32,000 nt of DNA from an uncultured Erysipelotrichaceae bacterium (GTDB lineage: Bacteria; Bacillota_I; Bacilli_A; Erysipelotrichales; Erysipelotrichaceae). The stretch lies in the NCBI GenBank assembly GCA_964457525.1, contig CAYWGS010000003.1, positions 2,801-34,800 of the forward strand. The letters are read 5' to 3'. The position numbers were made by a program, and so were the translations under genes. Below the pieces are notes generated by a model. It worked only from the letters and a program-made list of their open reading frames with translations. It was not told the DNA's origin and did not search any database. Below are positions 16,572 to 25,875 of the stretch, piece after piece (position 1 is the first letter of the stretch; the number at the start of each line of letters is the position of its first letter).

Positions 16572-17532
16572 ATACAATATTTGCTTGTTTACGCGCTTGA
16601 TCTAAACAAGACATCAAAATCTCAGTATTCTTAACATGCGATTGGTAGGTTAGCCAATCGTTATTTTTTATTATCTGCGCAAATGCTTTGATTTCTTCAA
16701 CCATCGCATTTTGAGCTTGTTCAACCCCTAATTCACGTGTTTCCTTTGGTGTTATGAGTTGAACAGATACTAATCTTGAAGGTTGTTCAGGAATGACAAT
16801 TGCACCCCTTTCACCACTAATATAACTAAAGTTCATACCACGACTATCTTTACCAATCACACAAACACACACTTTATCAGGATACTTCAATGTGAGTACA
16901 CCCGATAAATCAATCCCATTTACATACTTATTGCACTCATAATGAAGTGATTCAGGCTTACCAAATAACGCAATACATAATCCCATTGGATAGACACCTA
17001 AATCCATAAGTGCTCCACCGGAATGATTTAAATCAAAGATATTAGGAATCGTACCTTGAGCTAATAAGTCATAACGACTCGAATACTGAACCATTGAACT
17101 GTTCATAAGTTTGATTGGTTCAATTTCATGTAGGTGTTCTTTTATCACCTTCAGATTTGGAAGATGCATCAAAGTCATCGCATCGAAACAATAGTGCTTT
17201 GTTTCATTAGACACTCTCATCAATTCATTAAACTCAGTCAGATTACTAACAAATGGTTTTTCACAAATAACATGTTTATGTGCTTTAAGCGCATCTAAAC
17301 ATTGCGAGAAATGCACATCATTCGGACTTGCGACATAAAGAACATCCACATCCATTTGACTCAATAATGTATTCCAATCACTAATAACTGGTACTTCATA
17401 TTGTTTCGCAAAATCTAAACCCTTTTCTTCACTTCTTGAATATACGTAAGCTAATTCAAAATAAGGTTCATGTTTTAATGCATCTAGAAAATGATGTGTA
17501 ATAACAGATGTACCTACTGTTGCGAGTCTCAT
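16549..17532 (-). CDS. Gfo/Idh/MocA-family NAD(P)-dependent oxidoreductase
   Basis: 327 aa. N-terminal Rossmann MRLATVGTSVITHHF..., the EKP motif (VICEKPF) and a C-terminal alpha/beta domain. ATGA overlap with the upstream PPase gene. Confidence 0.85.
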   Translation of the reverse strand: MRLATVGTSVITHHFLDALKHEPYFELAYVYSRSEEKGLDFAKQYEVPVISDWNTLLSQMDVDVLYVASPNDVHFSQCLDALKAHKHVICEKPFVSNLTEFNELMRVSNETKHYCFDAMTLMHLPNLKVIKEHLHEIEPIKLMNSSMVQYSSRYDLLAQGTIPNIFDLNHSGGALMDLGVYPMGLCIALFGKPESLHYECNKYVNGIDLSGVLTLKYPDKVCVCVIGKDSRGMNFSYISGERGAIVIPEQPSRLVSVQLITPKETRELGVEQAQNAMVEEIKAFAQIIKNNDWLTYQSHVKNTEILMSCLDQARKQANIVFKADQLV

Positions 17533-19172
17533 AATCCACCTCTTCCTTCTACCACACTGGATAGTTTTGGCATAACTTGTTTCTTTCTGGATAATAAATC
17601 AGGGAATAAACTGAGCTTATGATTGTCAATACCTGGGAATGCTTCTTCCGCAATCCACTTTTCCTTACCCATATAGAGTAAAGCAGACCCATGATGCTCA
17701 AGACTTGTAAACAATAACAGTACTAAATCTATTCGTTTCTCTTCGACATAAGTGCTCATTGCCTTAAGAATATCTTCTCGAACTGTTTCGATTTGGTTAA
17801 TATCAAATAAGCTCATTTGACCAACTCTTACACGATAATTACCTACCGTAAATTCTTTAATGTCATTTTCGATAATATCCAATGCGGATTTCTCATGAAG
17901 ACCTGCTCCTTCAGTAAAGATATCCTTCGCCAATGCGTCTGTATTTAACTCCGCAATACGTGCACATCGTTGCGCTGTATGAATATCTGTGAGTGTAGTT
18001 GTAGGTGATTTAAAGTTAAGTGTATCCGACAAGATTGCGGCACAGAGTAATCCAGCCATATTTTTCTCAAGTGGTACGCGATTCTCATCGTAAAGATTCG
18101 CAATAATCGTACAAGTACTTCCCACTAATTGATTTCTAAAATTAATTGGTTTGCTCGTTTGAATATCCCCGATACGATGATGATCCACAACCTCGATTAA
18201 ATCCGCTTCAGCTAATCCATCCACACTTTGTGCTGTTTCATTATGGTCCACTAGAATGATTTGTTTACGGCGCGCATTCAACAAGTGATAACGAGAAATT
18301 AAACCAAATATCTTACCCTTATCATCCACAACTGGATAACTACGATAACGTGACTTAACTACTTTATTTAATACATCATCCACAAACTCTGACTTATCAA
18401 ATGTAACAAGATTTGTAGACATAATAAATTTTATTGGTGAGGAATAGAAAATATAACGAGAGGTATTTAATGTCCCATGACCAGAAAGAATAATCGCACA
18501 TCCCTTTTCTTTCGCATACTTAATTACTTCGTCTTTTACATAATCTGCCCATACGATAACTAAACAAGCCGCATCCTTTTCAATTGCTTGTAGTTGCGCT
18601 TCTGTATCATTCCCTACAATTACAGTACGATCTTTCAATTCATAATTATCAAGTTTATGTTCCGCAACCGCAACAATCGAAACCTTACCATTTAAACGTG
18701 TTACTTTTGGTGCATAAATTAAGGCACCACTAATGGTTTTTACAATGTACTCAATCGGTGTTTTACTCAAGAGCTCAATACTCTTTGCCGTATCTCCCAT
18801 CGCTACCGTTGATATGTTGGAATTGGTTAATACCCCAAGTAGAACATTATTATCATCCACAACACATAAGACCTTCTTTTCAGTACTCATGAGTTGCCAA
18901 GCTTCAAAGATCGTTGTTTCTTCTTTGATGGTAACTGCTCTATCGATGTCAATCTCATTCAAACGCATTCTTGCATCATCGAGAATCATTGGTTCATTAA
19001 AACCAAAACGTTTTAAAATGTAGTCTGTTTCATGATTAATTGCACCCAAACGACATGCTATAGCTTCATAACCAAGCTTTTGTTTTAGGTTTGCATATCC
19101 GATTGCGGAACAGATTGAATCCGTGTCTGGATGCTTATGTCCCGTAATATGGATTGGAAAATTAGTAGGCAT
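17529..19172 (-). CDS. CBS-domain-containing family II (DHH/DHHA2) inorganic pyrophosphatase
   Basis: 547 aa. DHH motifs HKHPDTDSICSAIGYA, ILVDHNE and VVDHHRIGD; an internal ~250-aa CBS/DRTGG-type insert; and a C-terminal DHHA2-like region. AAGGAG SD. Confidence 0.85.
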   Translation of the reverse strand: MPTNFPIHITGHKHPDTDSICSAIGYANLKQKLGYEAIACRLGAINHETDYILKRFGFNEPMILDDARMRLNEIDIDRAVTIKEETTIFEAWQLMSTEKKVLCVVDDNNVLLGVLTNSNISTVAMGDTAKSIELLSKTPIEYIVKTISGALIYAPKVTRLNGKVSIVAVAEHKLDNYELKDRTVIVGNDTEAQLQAIEKDAACLVIVWADYVKDEVIKYAKEKGCAIILSGHGTLNTSRYIFYSSPIKFIMSTNLVTFDKSEFVDDVLNKVVKSRYRSYPVVDDKGKIFGLISRYHLLNARRKQIILVDHNETAQSVDGLAEADLIEVVDHHRIGDIQTSKPINFRNQLVGSTCTIIANLYDENRVPLEKNMAGLLCAAILSDTLNFKSPTTTLTDIHTAQRCARIAELNTDALAKDIFTEGAGLHEKSALDIIENDIKEFTVGNYRVRVGQMSLFDINQIETVREDILKAMSTYVEEKRIDLVLLLFTSLEHHGSALLYMGKEKWIAEEAFPGIDNHKLSLFPDLLSRKKQVMPKLSSVVEGRGGL

Positions 19173-19265
19173 AGGAATCTCCTTAGTGTTTTATTCTTTT
19201 CTTAATTAAATTTTATCAAATATCTATATTTTAATCTATTAATCCATTAAAATAGAGTTGAGAAT

Positions 19266-19814
19266 ATGCAAATACAGTGTGGCGAGTATTTAGTTAAACC
19301 TGCTCATGAAATAAAAGCTGATTTATGGCTTAAATTTCATCAAGAAAATCGATTCTATGTCGATAATTTTTCTACGACTAAACCCAATGATTTCTATACG
19401 ATCGAATTCCAACAGAAACTCGTTGTACAAAGTCTTATCGATTTTGAACGCGATCAAGGCTATACTTTTGGAGTACTTAGCCATAACTCTAAAAAAATCT
19501 TAGCCAAGATTAAAACCCAGCGTGACTTAAACCGTAATCACAATTATGTCACCATTGAACTAATTATCGACTATCGATTTAGAAATATTGAATTTGGTGA
19601 AAGCATCTTAAAATGTATTATCGATTTCTTATTTAAATCTCGAGAGATCCATAAGATCTACGCTCAAATCCTTACTGATGATGTCTATTCTATACAACTC
19701 TTCACCCAAAACAACTTTCTACATGAAGGTAAATTAATGAAATCTTACCATGTGAATGGTGAATGGAGAGATCATCTCCTTTATGCTCTTATCAATCCAG
19801 GTAATAGCAAATGA
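19266..19814 (+). CDS. GNAT-family N-acetyltransferase (RimJ/RimL-like)
   Basis: 182 aa. Acetyltransf_3-like layout with the typical C-terminal GEWRDHLLYALI. Call made by eye only. Confidence 0.7.
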   Translation: MQIQCGEYLVKPAHEIKADLWLKFHQENRFYVDNFSTTKPNDFYTIEFQQKLVVQSLIDFERDQGYTFGVLSHNSKKILAKIKTQRDLNRNHNYVTIELIIDYRFRNIEFGESILKCIIDFLFKSREIHKIYAQILTDDVYSIQLFTQNNFLHEGKLMKSYHVNGEWRDHLLYALINPGNSK

Positions 19815-20158
19815 ATCAAAACGAACTCAATCAACTCATTCGTGACTTCTGTGAAGATCGGGATTGGGACCAGTTCCACTCAATTAAAGATTTAGCAATC
19901 GGTCTAAGTACAGAAAGTAACGAACTCTTACAACTCTTTCGGTTTAAAGATAATGAACAATCGCTTGAGTATCTCAAAGAAAATCGAAAGAAAGTAGAAG
20001 ATGAATGCGCTGATGTTTATTATTATCTTCTTAGACTCGCTGATTTATATAAGATTGATCTAAATCAAGCCTTAGAGAATAAGATGATGGATAATGAGAA
20101 GAAGTACCCTAAAGAACTTGTAAAGGGCAAAAACTTAAAATACAACGAATACAAATAA
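19811..20158 (+). CDS. MazG-like nucleotide pyrophosphohydrolase (small dCTPase/YpjD-type)
   Basis: 115 aa. FCEDRDWDQFHSIKDLAIGLSTESNELLQLFRFK...EDECADVYYYLLRLAD carries the EExx(E/D) helices of all-alpha NTP-PPases. ATGA overlap with the GNAT gene. Confidence 0.8.
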   Translation: MNQNELNQLIRDFCEDRDWDQFHSIKDLAIGLSTESNELLQLFRFKDNEQSLEYLKENRKKVEDECADVYYYLLRLADLYKIDLNQALENKMMDNEKKYPKELVKGKNLKYNEYK

Positions 20159-20181
20159 AAGGGATTATTAACCCCTTTTTT
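20157..20181. terminator. weak bidirectional terminator-like hairpin
   Basis: AAAAGGG-attattaac-CCCTTTTTT between convergent genes. The stem is mostly A-U with only 3 G-C pairs. Confidence 0.35.
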
Positions 20182-21100
20182 ATATGATATTCTTTAATTC
20201 TTTTCCTAATTTAAATTGATGACAATTATACTCAAAGATTTTCCACAAACGCTCTTTCGTATAATCCCCAGTTCCACTGACATGAGGGGTTAGAACTAAG
20301 TTCTTACAATCCCATAATCTTGATTCTTTCTCAACGGGCTCTTTCGCCATAACATCCAGTGCACAAAAAGCTAAGTGTTCAGATTCTAACGCTTCTACTA
20401 ACGCATCCTCGTCAATAATTCTTCCTCTACCTACATTAAGTAGAATCGAACCCTTCTTCATATTGAAGATTAATTCACGGCTAAATAAATTCTGTGTTTG
20501 ATCATTCAATGGTAGTGTAATCACAACAACATCACTCATCATAACCGCAGTCTCTAATTCCTTAACCGAGTACACTGTATTAAATCCTTCAGTCTCAGTT
20601 CCTCTTGAATTAACCCCAATAAAATTAACATTAAAAGGTTCCAATCTCTTTCGAATCGCTTGTCCGATACTTCCAATTCCAACAATACATACATTCATCT
20701 GTTCTAGTTCACGATTATGCACTCTTACCCATTGATGTTGTTTCTGTTGTTCATAGTTCGGTAATGCATTCTTATAATACATAAGAATATACATCACAAC
20801 CCATTCCGCAATTGGATCACTAAATACATCCTTCGCATTGGTAAATAGAATCCCTTTAGATTTCCACTCATCAACCGGTAGATTATTGTATCCCGCATAT
20901 GAGTTCTGAATCCATTTTAATTTGGAAAATTTATCAACACCTAACTTCTTCACATGATTTGCCCCAAAGACAAAATCATAGTCTTCTGGATGTTTAATCT
21001 CTTCTGAATCCAAAATAATATCGTAATCAAACCCCATCGAATTTAATCGTTCCTTTAAATCAACAGGCAATGTTTCAATTTCGCTAATAAGTGCTTTCAT
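20180..21100 (-). CDS. D-isomer-specific 2-hydroxyacid dehydrogenase family protein (NAD-binding)
   Basis: 306 aa. VGIGSIGQAI (GxGxxG), GRGRIIDEDAL, LDVMAKEP, and TPHVSG with the catalytic His. Confidence 0.85.
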   Translation of the reverse strand: MKALISEIETLPVDLKERLNSMGFDYDIILDSEEIKHPEDYDFVFGANHVKKLGVDKFSKLKWIQNSYAGYNNLPVDEWKSKGILFTNAKDVFSDPIAEWVVMYILMYYKNALPNYEQQKQHQWVRVHNRELEQMNVCIVGIGSIGQAIRKRLEPFNVNFIGVNSRGTETEGFNTVYSVKELETAVMMSDVVVITLPLNDQTQNLFSRELIFNMKKGSILLNVGRGRIIDEDALVEALESEHLAFCALDVMAKEPVEKESRLWDCKNLVLTPHVSGTGDYTKERLWKIFEYNCHQFKLGKELKNII

Positions 21101-21166
21101 AAGATCTCCTTTAACATAAATTATGCCATAATTTACTTTGGTTTTCTTAATATATACTTTTTTGAA

Positions 21167-21175
21167 TGATATAAT
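21167..21175 (+). promoter_or_regulatory. extended -10 promoter (TGaTATAAT) for uppP
   Basis: TGATATAAT at 21167-21175, followed by GAGGA SD and ATG 21196. Confidence 0.5.
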
Positions 21176-21195
21176 AGTTTTGGCGAGGATAAACT

Positions 21196-21999
21196 ATGTT
21201 AGAAATCATTAAAGCAATCATCCTAGGTATAATTCAAGGTATTACAGAATGGCTACCTGTTAGTTCAACAGGACACTTAATTCTATTTAATAAATGGTTC
21301 CCATTAGCCTTCTCAAAAGAATTTGTAGACTTGTTTTTAGTCTTTATTCAGCTTGGCTCGATTATTGCGGTAATAATCTTATTCTTCAAGAAATTATTTC
21401 CCTGGTCATCCTCTTCTAAAGCTCATCAACACAATACTATCCTCCTTTGGGTTAAGATTGTGATTGCGGCCTTCCCTGGCGCAATCATTGGATTCTTGTT
21501 TGACGATATTATTGATACTGTATTGTATACACCCCTTGTTATTGCGATTACATTAATTGTGTATGGTATTCTGTTTATCCTTATCGAAAGAACAAAGAAA
21601 GATCATCCAAAAGACTCGTTAGGTTTAATTACCTATAAAGACGCGCTATTAATCGGTATCTTCCAAGTATTAGCTCTCATCCCTGGAACATCCCGTTCCG
21701 GCGCAACAATCCTTGGCGCAATCCTACTTGGTGCGAGTCGTACAGTAGCGGCAGAATTCTCATTCTTCCTTGCTATACCGATGATGTTTGGCGCAAGTTT
21801 CTTGAAACTAATCAAAGCCGGATTTAGTTGGACACCCTTTGAATGGTCTGTGCTTGCGACTGGTACCATCGTCGCATTTGTTGTTTCTCTCTTAGTTATT
21901 CGCTTCCTAATGGATTATGTTAAGAAACATGACTTCACAACATTTGCCTATTATCGTATTGCATTAGCGCTTGTTGTATTAACTCTATTATTCGTATAA
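21196..21999 (+). CDS. uppP: undecaprenyl-diphosphate phosphatase
   Basis: 267 aa. GITEWLPVSSTGHL and PGTSRSGATI are BacA/UppP signatures. Confidence 0.95.
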   Translation: MLEIIKAIILGIIQGITEWLPVSSTGHLILFNKWFPLAFSKEFVDLFLVFIQLGSIIAVIILFFKKLFPWSSSSKAHQHNTILLWVKIVIAAFPGAIIGFLFDDIIDTVLYTPLVIAITLIVYGILFILIERTKKDHPKDSLGLITYKDALLIGIFQVLALIPGTSRSGATILGAILLGASRTVAAEFSFFLAIPMMFGASFLKLIKAGFSWTPFEWSVLATGTIVAFVVSLLVIRFLMDYVKKHDFTTFAYYRIALALVVLTLLFV

Positions 22000-22024
22000 A
22001 AACCTGCATTATATTGCAGGTTTT
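21998..22024. terminator. bidirectional intrinsic terminator
   Basis: AAAACCTGCA-ttatatt-TGCAGGTTTT (21998-22024) between convergent uppP and the dioxygenase gene. Confidence 0.75.
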
Positions 22025-22026
22025 CT

Positions 22027-22800
22027 TTAGTTCATCAAGTAACAAGTCATCGACATCGATCCCATTAAACAAGTTTGATTAAATATTTGTATGGAATCTT
22101 CTTTTTGAGTTGCTCCTAAAACATATAATAATGGATAAAAATGCTCGGTTGTATAAAACGCAAAATCAGATGATTTGCCTGCTCTCTTATATTCCACGAC
22201 ATTCTCAAAATTTCTATTTTTAATATGATTCAATACATATTGATCAAAATCAATTGCCCAAGGATAACCACCATCCATATCCCAATTGATTCTAGACAGG
22301 TTATGCACCACATTTCCACTTCCTAAGATTAAAATTCCTTCATCTCTAAGAACACTTAATTTCTGCCCTAACTCATAATGGCCTTGTGCACTTAAATTTC
22401 GATCGATACTGATTTGTACAACAGGTATATTAGCTTCTGGATACATTTTACACAACACCGACCATGTTCCATGATCGATACCCCAACTGTTGTCCACCTT
22501 AATATCGAGTTTAATATCATTTATCACATGCATCGCCAGTTCTGGTGAACCCTTACAATCATAAACAAGTTGATACAAATCATCAGGAAATCCAAACATA
22601 TCATAGATTTGTTTAGGGTGTATTTCATTATTGATACATGTGCCTTTAGTCACCCAATGCGCTGAAATAACCAATATTGCCTTAGGTTGCTCAAATTGTT
22701 TCGAAATTTCTTTCCAACCTTTTACAAATTGATTCTCTTCAATCGCATTCATTGGTGATCCATGTCCTACAAACAAAGCAGGCATTCTTTTTTGAATCAT
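22027..22800 (-). CDS. class III extradiol dioxygenase, LigB/YgiD (4,5-DOPA dioxygenase-like) family
   Basis: 257 aa. MPALFVGHGSPMNA, VISAHW and GSGNVVHNL are typical of YgiD-type proteins. Confidence 0.8.
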   Translation of the reverse strand: MIQKRMPALFVGHGSPMNAIEENQFVKGWKEISKQFEQPKAILVISAHWVTKGTCINNEIHPKQIYDMFGFPDDLYQLVYDCKGSPELAMHVINDIKLDIKVDNSWGIDHGTWSVLCKMYPEANIPVVQISIDRNLSAQGHYELGQKLSVLRDEGILILGSGNVVHNLSRINWDMDGGYPWAIDFDQYVLNHIKNRNFENVVEYKRAGKSSDFAFYTTEHFYPLLYVLGATQKEDSIQIFNQTCLMGSMSMTCYLMN

Positions 22801-22811
22801 ATTAACCTCGT

Positions 22812-23717
22812 TTATTGTTTCTCCAATAACTCTACAATTCTTTCACACAACTTATGTGTAATAAGCGCATCCTCTCCACTTACTGGACTGGATGTTTTAT
22901 TTTTAACCGCATCTAAGAAAGCATTTCTTAGATTCTCAAAACCACGCTTGGTTAAGGTTGGAGTCCAATCACTTTCAGACTTCTTGATAAAAACACCTTT
23001 TTCATAAGTCTCTAAACTTGATAGATTACGAATAATACTCTTTCGTTGTGGATGCATGACTTCAATGACTTCTTCTGTAACACCATTGAGATAATTCATA
23101 ATGAGTAAACCTTGATTGGAATGTGTTATGAACTGAACCACCACATGAACTAATTTACCATCTTGTTTTTTACCATGAACTCTTACATCAATGATTTCAT
23201 CTTGTAATAAGAAACGAGTCGTATCTACTACATGTACGAAATCTTCCACAATGAAGCGACGAATGTTATCAGGATATAAATCACGATTCTTCTGATAAAC
23301 GACTAAGTCTGGTTTACCATGTTTCATAACTTCTTGAACAATTGGTACAAATCGACGATTAAACCCAGTCATAAACAAGGTATTCTTTTCTTTCGCGATA
23401 CGTACCAATTCTTCTGTTTCACTTAAATTCATCGAAATTGGTTTATCGAGATGGCACGGTATTCCTGCTTCTAAAATCTGTTTAGCCATGACATAATGAG
23501 CTTCTGTTTTAGATGTCACATAAATCGCATCCACACCACTTTTAATTAAATCATCTAAACTGCTATACCCTTCTGATAGATGATATTGCTTCATCACATT
23601 ATTCAATGTTTCAGAATTACGTGTACATGGCACAATCAGCACATCATTTAAATTCGATAGAATGGGTAAATATGCTTTCTTCGCAATATCCCCAATACCT
23701 ACTATACCTACTCTCAT
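22812..23717 (-). CDS. Gfo/Idh/MocA-family oxidoreductase
   Basis: 301 aa. MRVGIVGIGDIAKKAYLPIL Rossmann start and a DKP motif (CHLDKPIS). ATGA overlap with the upstream kinase gene. Confidence 0.8.
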   Translation of the reverse strand: MRVGIVGIGDIAKKAYLPILSNLNDVLIVPCTRNSETLNNVMKQYHLSEGYSSLDDLIKSGVDAIYVTSKTEAHYVMAKQILEAGIPCHLDKPISMNLSETEELVRIAKEKNTLFMTGFNRRFVPIVQEVMKHGKPDLVVYQKNRDLYPDNIRRFIVEDFVHVVDTTRFLLQDEIIDVRVHGKKQDGKLVHVVVQFITHSNQGLLIMNYLNGVTEEVIEVMHPQRKSIIRNLSSLETYEKGVFIKKSESDWTPTLTKRGFENLRNAFLDAVKNKTSSPVSGEDALITHKLCERIVELLEKQ

Positions 23718-24604
23718 AACTGTTCGACCTTCATCTTTCCAATTAAATATGCTCCATATAGCGGTGGATATGAAATGGGTTGTATATCCAAATCACTCGG
23801 CAATAATTCTTTAAGTGGTTTCAGTATCACATCTCCAGATTCAAACACACCCCCTGATAAACGGACTGTTTTCAACTCAGGATTACGTTTAATACTTGTT
23901 TCAATTAACTCTGCTAATTCATGTGCAGCTTGTTTAAAGATATGTATTGCGTGTTTATCACCTTTTGTAGAAGCGATATAACAAACTCTCGCAAGTGATG
24001 CGATCGCTTCTTTAGGACGTGGATGTTCACTTAAAATTTTGATAAGTTCACTCTCATCACTTAAGACTAAACTATCCATAACACAATCATATAATGCAGA
24101 TTTCTTTAATCGACCATCCGCCATTTTACTAAATACACTTAATACTTGTTTACCAATCCAGAATGCGGAACCTTCATCCCCAATCCAATAACCCCAACCA
24201 CCTACACGACTTCTTTGTCCTTTGTATTGGCTAAGTGCAATGGATCCTGTGCCAGAAATAATCATAACTCCATCACTTCCTTTTAAAGCAGACATCAATG
24301 CACAATCCACATCACTCTGAATGGAGTATTTCTCTGTTGGAAATTTACGTTTAATCGCATTTTCGATGGATTTACGAATCTTGGGATTCATTCCATAACC
24401 CGCTAATCCAAAACTAATAAAATCTACTTTTTCATTTTCACATAAGGAATCTACACCAAAACGTAAGGCTTGCGCCATCTTTGTGTAGCCTACTTGTAGA
24501 GGATGAAGCGATGGATGTTCAACACTCTTTAACATCACACCATTTTCATCATATAAGGCAAAACGAGCCTTAGTACCACCTGCATCAATTGCGATTATTT
24601 TCAT
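23714..24604 (-). CDS. BadF/BadG/BcrA/BcrD-type ATPase, N-acetylglucosamine-kinase-like
   Basis: ORF track starts at GTG 24613, which lies inside the SD AGGTGA, so ATG 24604 (MKIIAIDAGGTKARFALY) is likelier. Motifs: GTGSIA and GGWGYWIGDEGSAFWIG. Confidence 0.75.
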   Translation of the reverse strand: MKIIAIDAGGTKARFALYDENGVMLKSVEHPSLHPLQVGYTKMAQALRFGVDSLCENEKVDFISFGLAGYGMNPKIRKSIENAIKRKFPTEKYSIQSDVDCALMSALKGSDGVMIISGTGSIALSQYKGQRSRVGGWGYWIGDEGSAFWIGKQVLSVFSKMADGRLKKSALYDCVMDSLVLSDESELIKILSEHPRPKEAIASLARVCYIASTKGDKHAIHIFKQAAHELAELIETSIKRNPELKTVRLSGGVFESGDVILKPLKELLPSDLDIQPISYPPLYGAYLIGKMKVEQL

Positions 24605-24641
24605 AGTTATCACCTATTTCTATTATAGACGAAAACTAAAT

Positions 24642-24664
24642 AAAAATGCCTGTTTCCAGACATT
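24642..24664 (-). terminator. intrinsic terminator after the DUF438-type gene
   Basis: The minus-strand RNA reads AAUGUCUG-GAAA-CAGGCAUU followed by UUUUUA (plus-strand hairpin 24645-24664, A-run 24642-24646). Confidence 0.65.
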
Positions 24665-25837
24665 TTATGAAGCTAAACGTTTTTCACCTTCTAGACTACG
24701 AATCTCACTAATCTCTTGAGTTACTTCTAAACAACCTAAGTACTCACCCGCTTCATCTCTTACCGCATAATAACGGATGTATACAAATTGACCTCTAAAG
24801 TTAATCCAGAAATCTTCATGATCTTTTTTACCGGATCTTAAATCTTCCACAATCGCTTTAACAATATGAACACTTTGTGGTGGATGACATAAATGAACTG
24901 GTCTTCCAATAACAGATGCTGGACGATCAAAGATACGATGTTTGCCTTGTGATACAAATTTAACACGATCATTCGCATCTACAAAAGTCATATCTAAAGG
25001 TAATGTATTCATAATCGCATTCACTTCAGTTGTGGATAAGCGACCCATGGACATACGTACATCTCCATCTACCACTTCAGATTCTGACGAAGTTTGAACT
25101 TCTTCCTTACTTTGATAAATAGCATTCTCAGGATTCTCTAATGCTTGTGCAATCGCTTTAAAATCATTTTCACTTAACGTATCTCTGAGTAGTGGGAACA
25201 GAATCATATTCTCTTTGGTAATCATTTCTTTAACCATATCCACCATTTGATAGAATTTATCCATGATTAATGAAACATCATCACTACTGCTTAATGTAAT
25301 AAACGCATCTTTTAATTTCTCACGAATTTGATTGTCCACACCCCACATTACTTGCGGAATGGTTTCAATTCCATGTTTCTCTAAGAATGGAAAGAATACA
25401 TTCTCTTTCTTAGAATAGTGGGCATCAATCGATCTAAATTTTTCAATTAGATCCAGTAAATAGGGTTTCACTACACTTAATTTTAATTGTGTTTCTTGTT
25501 TAAACTTTAATGCTTTCTCAACTAATGTCGTATACTCATTATTCTCTTCTTCAAAGATGGATATTGGATTAATCGTCAATACATCTTGATGAAGTTCAGA
25601 TAATGAACCTTGGAATAGTGACGCATGCACATCACAAAGACTTTGAATTTCTTCTACACTGACTCCATCTTGTACTAAGTTATATTCCATCTGTGCAATT
25701 TCCGCCCCAGTCACATAGGCAAAATCTCGTTTAAATTCTGCTTCTACTTCACTTCGATCTTCACCTCGATGTAATCGTTGAATTAATTTTTTAAGTTGTT
25801 CCTGACGTTTACTAACGTTATCAATAATTTCGCTCAT
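24665..25837 (-). CDS. DUF438 / hemerythrin-like / PAS-domain sensor protein
   Basis: ORF track gives 24665..25855. GGAGG (25849..25845) lies 7 nt before ATG 25837 (MSEIIDNV...). N-terminal DUF438-like region with CDVHASLF, a central hemerythrin-like helical region, and a C-terminal PAS-like module (LDMTFVDANDRVKF...GRPVHLCHPP...YIRYYAVRDEAGEYLGCLEVTQ). Confidence 0.8.
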   Translation of the reverse strand: MSEIIDNVSKRQEQLKKLIQRLHRGEDRSEVEAEFKRDFAYVTGAEIAQMEYNLVQDGVSVEEIQSLCDVHASLFQGSLSELHQDVLTINPISIFEEENNEYTTLVEKALKFKQETQLKLSVVKPYLLDLIEKFRSIDAHYSKKENVFFPFLEKHGIETIPQVMWGVDNQIREKLKDAFITLSSSDDVSLIMDKFYQMVDMVKEMITKENMILFPLLRDTLSENDFKAIAQALENPENAIYQSKEEVQTSSESEVVDGDVRMSMGRLSTTEVNAIMNTLPLDMTFVDANDRVKFVSQGKHRIFDRPASVIGRPVHLCHPPQSVHIVKAIVEDLRSGKKDHEDFWINFRGQFVYIRYYAVRDEAGEYLGCLEVTQEISEIRSLEGEKRLAS

Positions 25838-25855
25838 CTTAATACCTCCAAGCAC

Positions 25856-25864
25856 ATCATAACA
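25856..25864 (-). promoter_or_regulatory. candidate extended -10 (TGtTATGAT) of the DUF438-gene promoter
   Basis: The minus strand reads TGTTATGAT (25864..25856). The implied TSS near 25849 puts the palindrome centre (25889.5) at about -41. An alternative -10, TATATT (25872..25867), exists. Confidence 0.4.
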
Positions 25865-25875
25865 TAAATATAAAA

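Noticed and set aside
18733-19023. 96-aa ORF antisense to the CBS-PPase gene; similar shadows occur at 21633..21869 (uppP), 22762..23007, 23775..23981 and 30253..30516
   Set aside because: Each is embedded antisense in a gene with clear family motifs, and none has an SD or a motif of its own.
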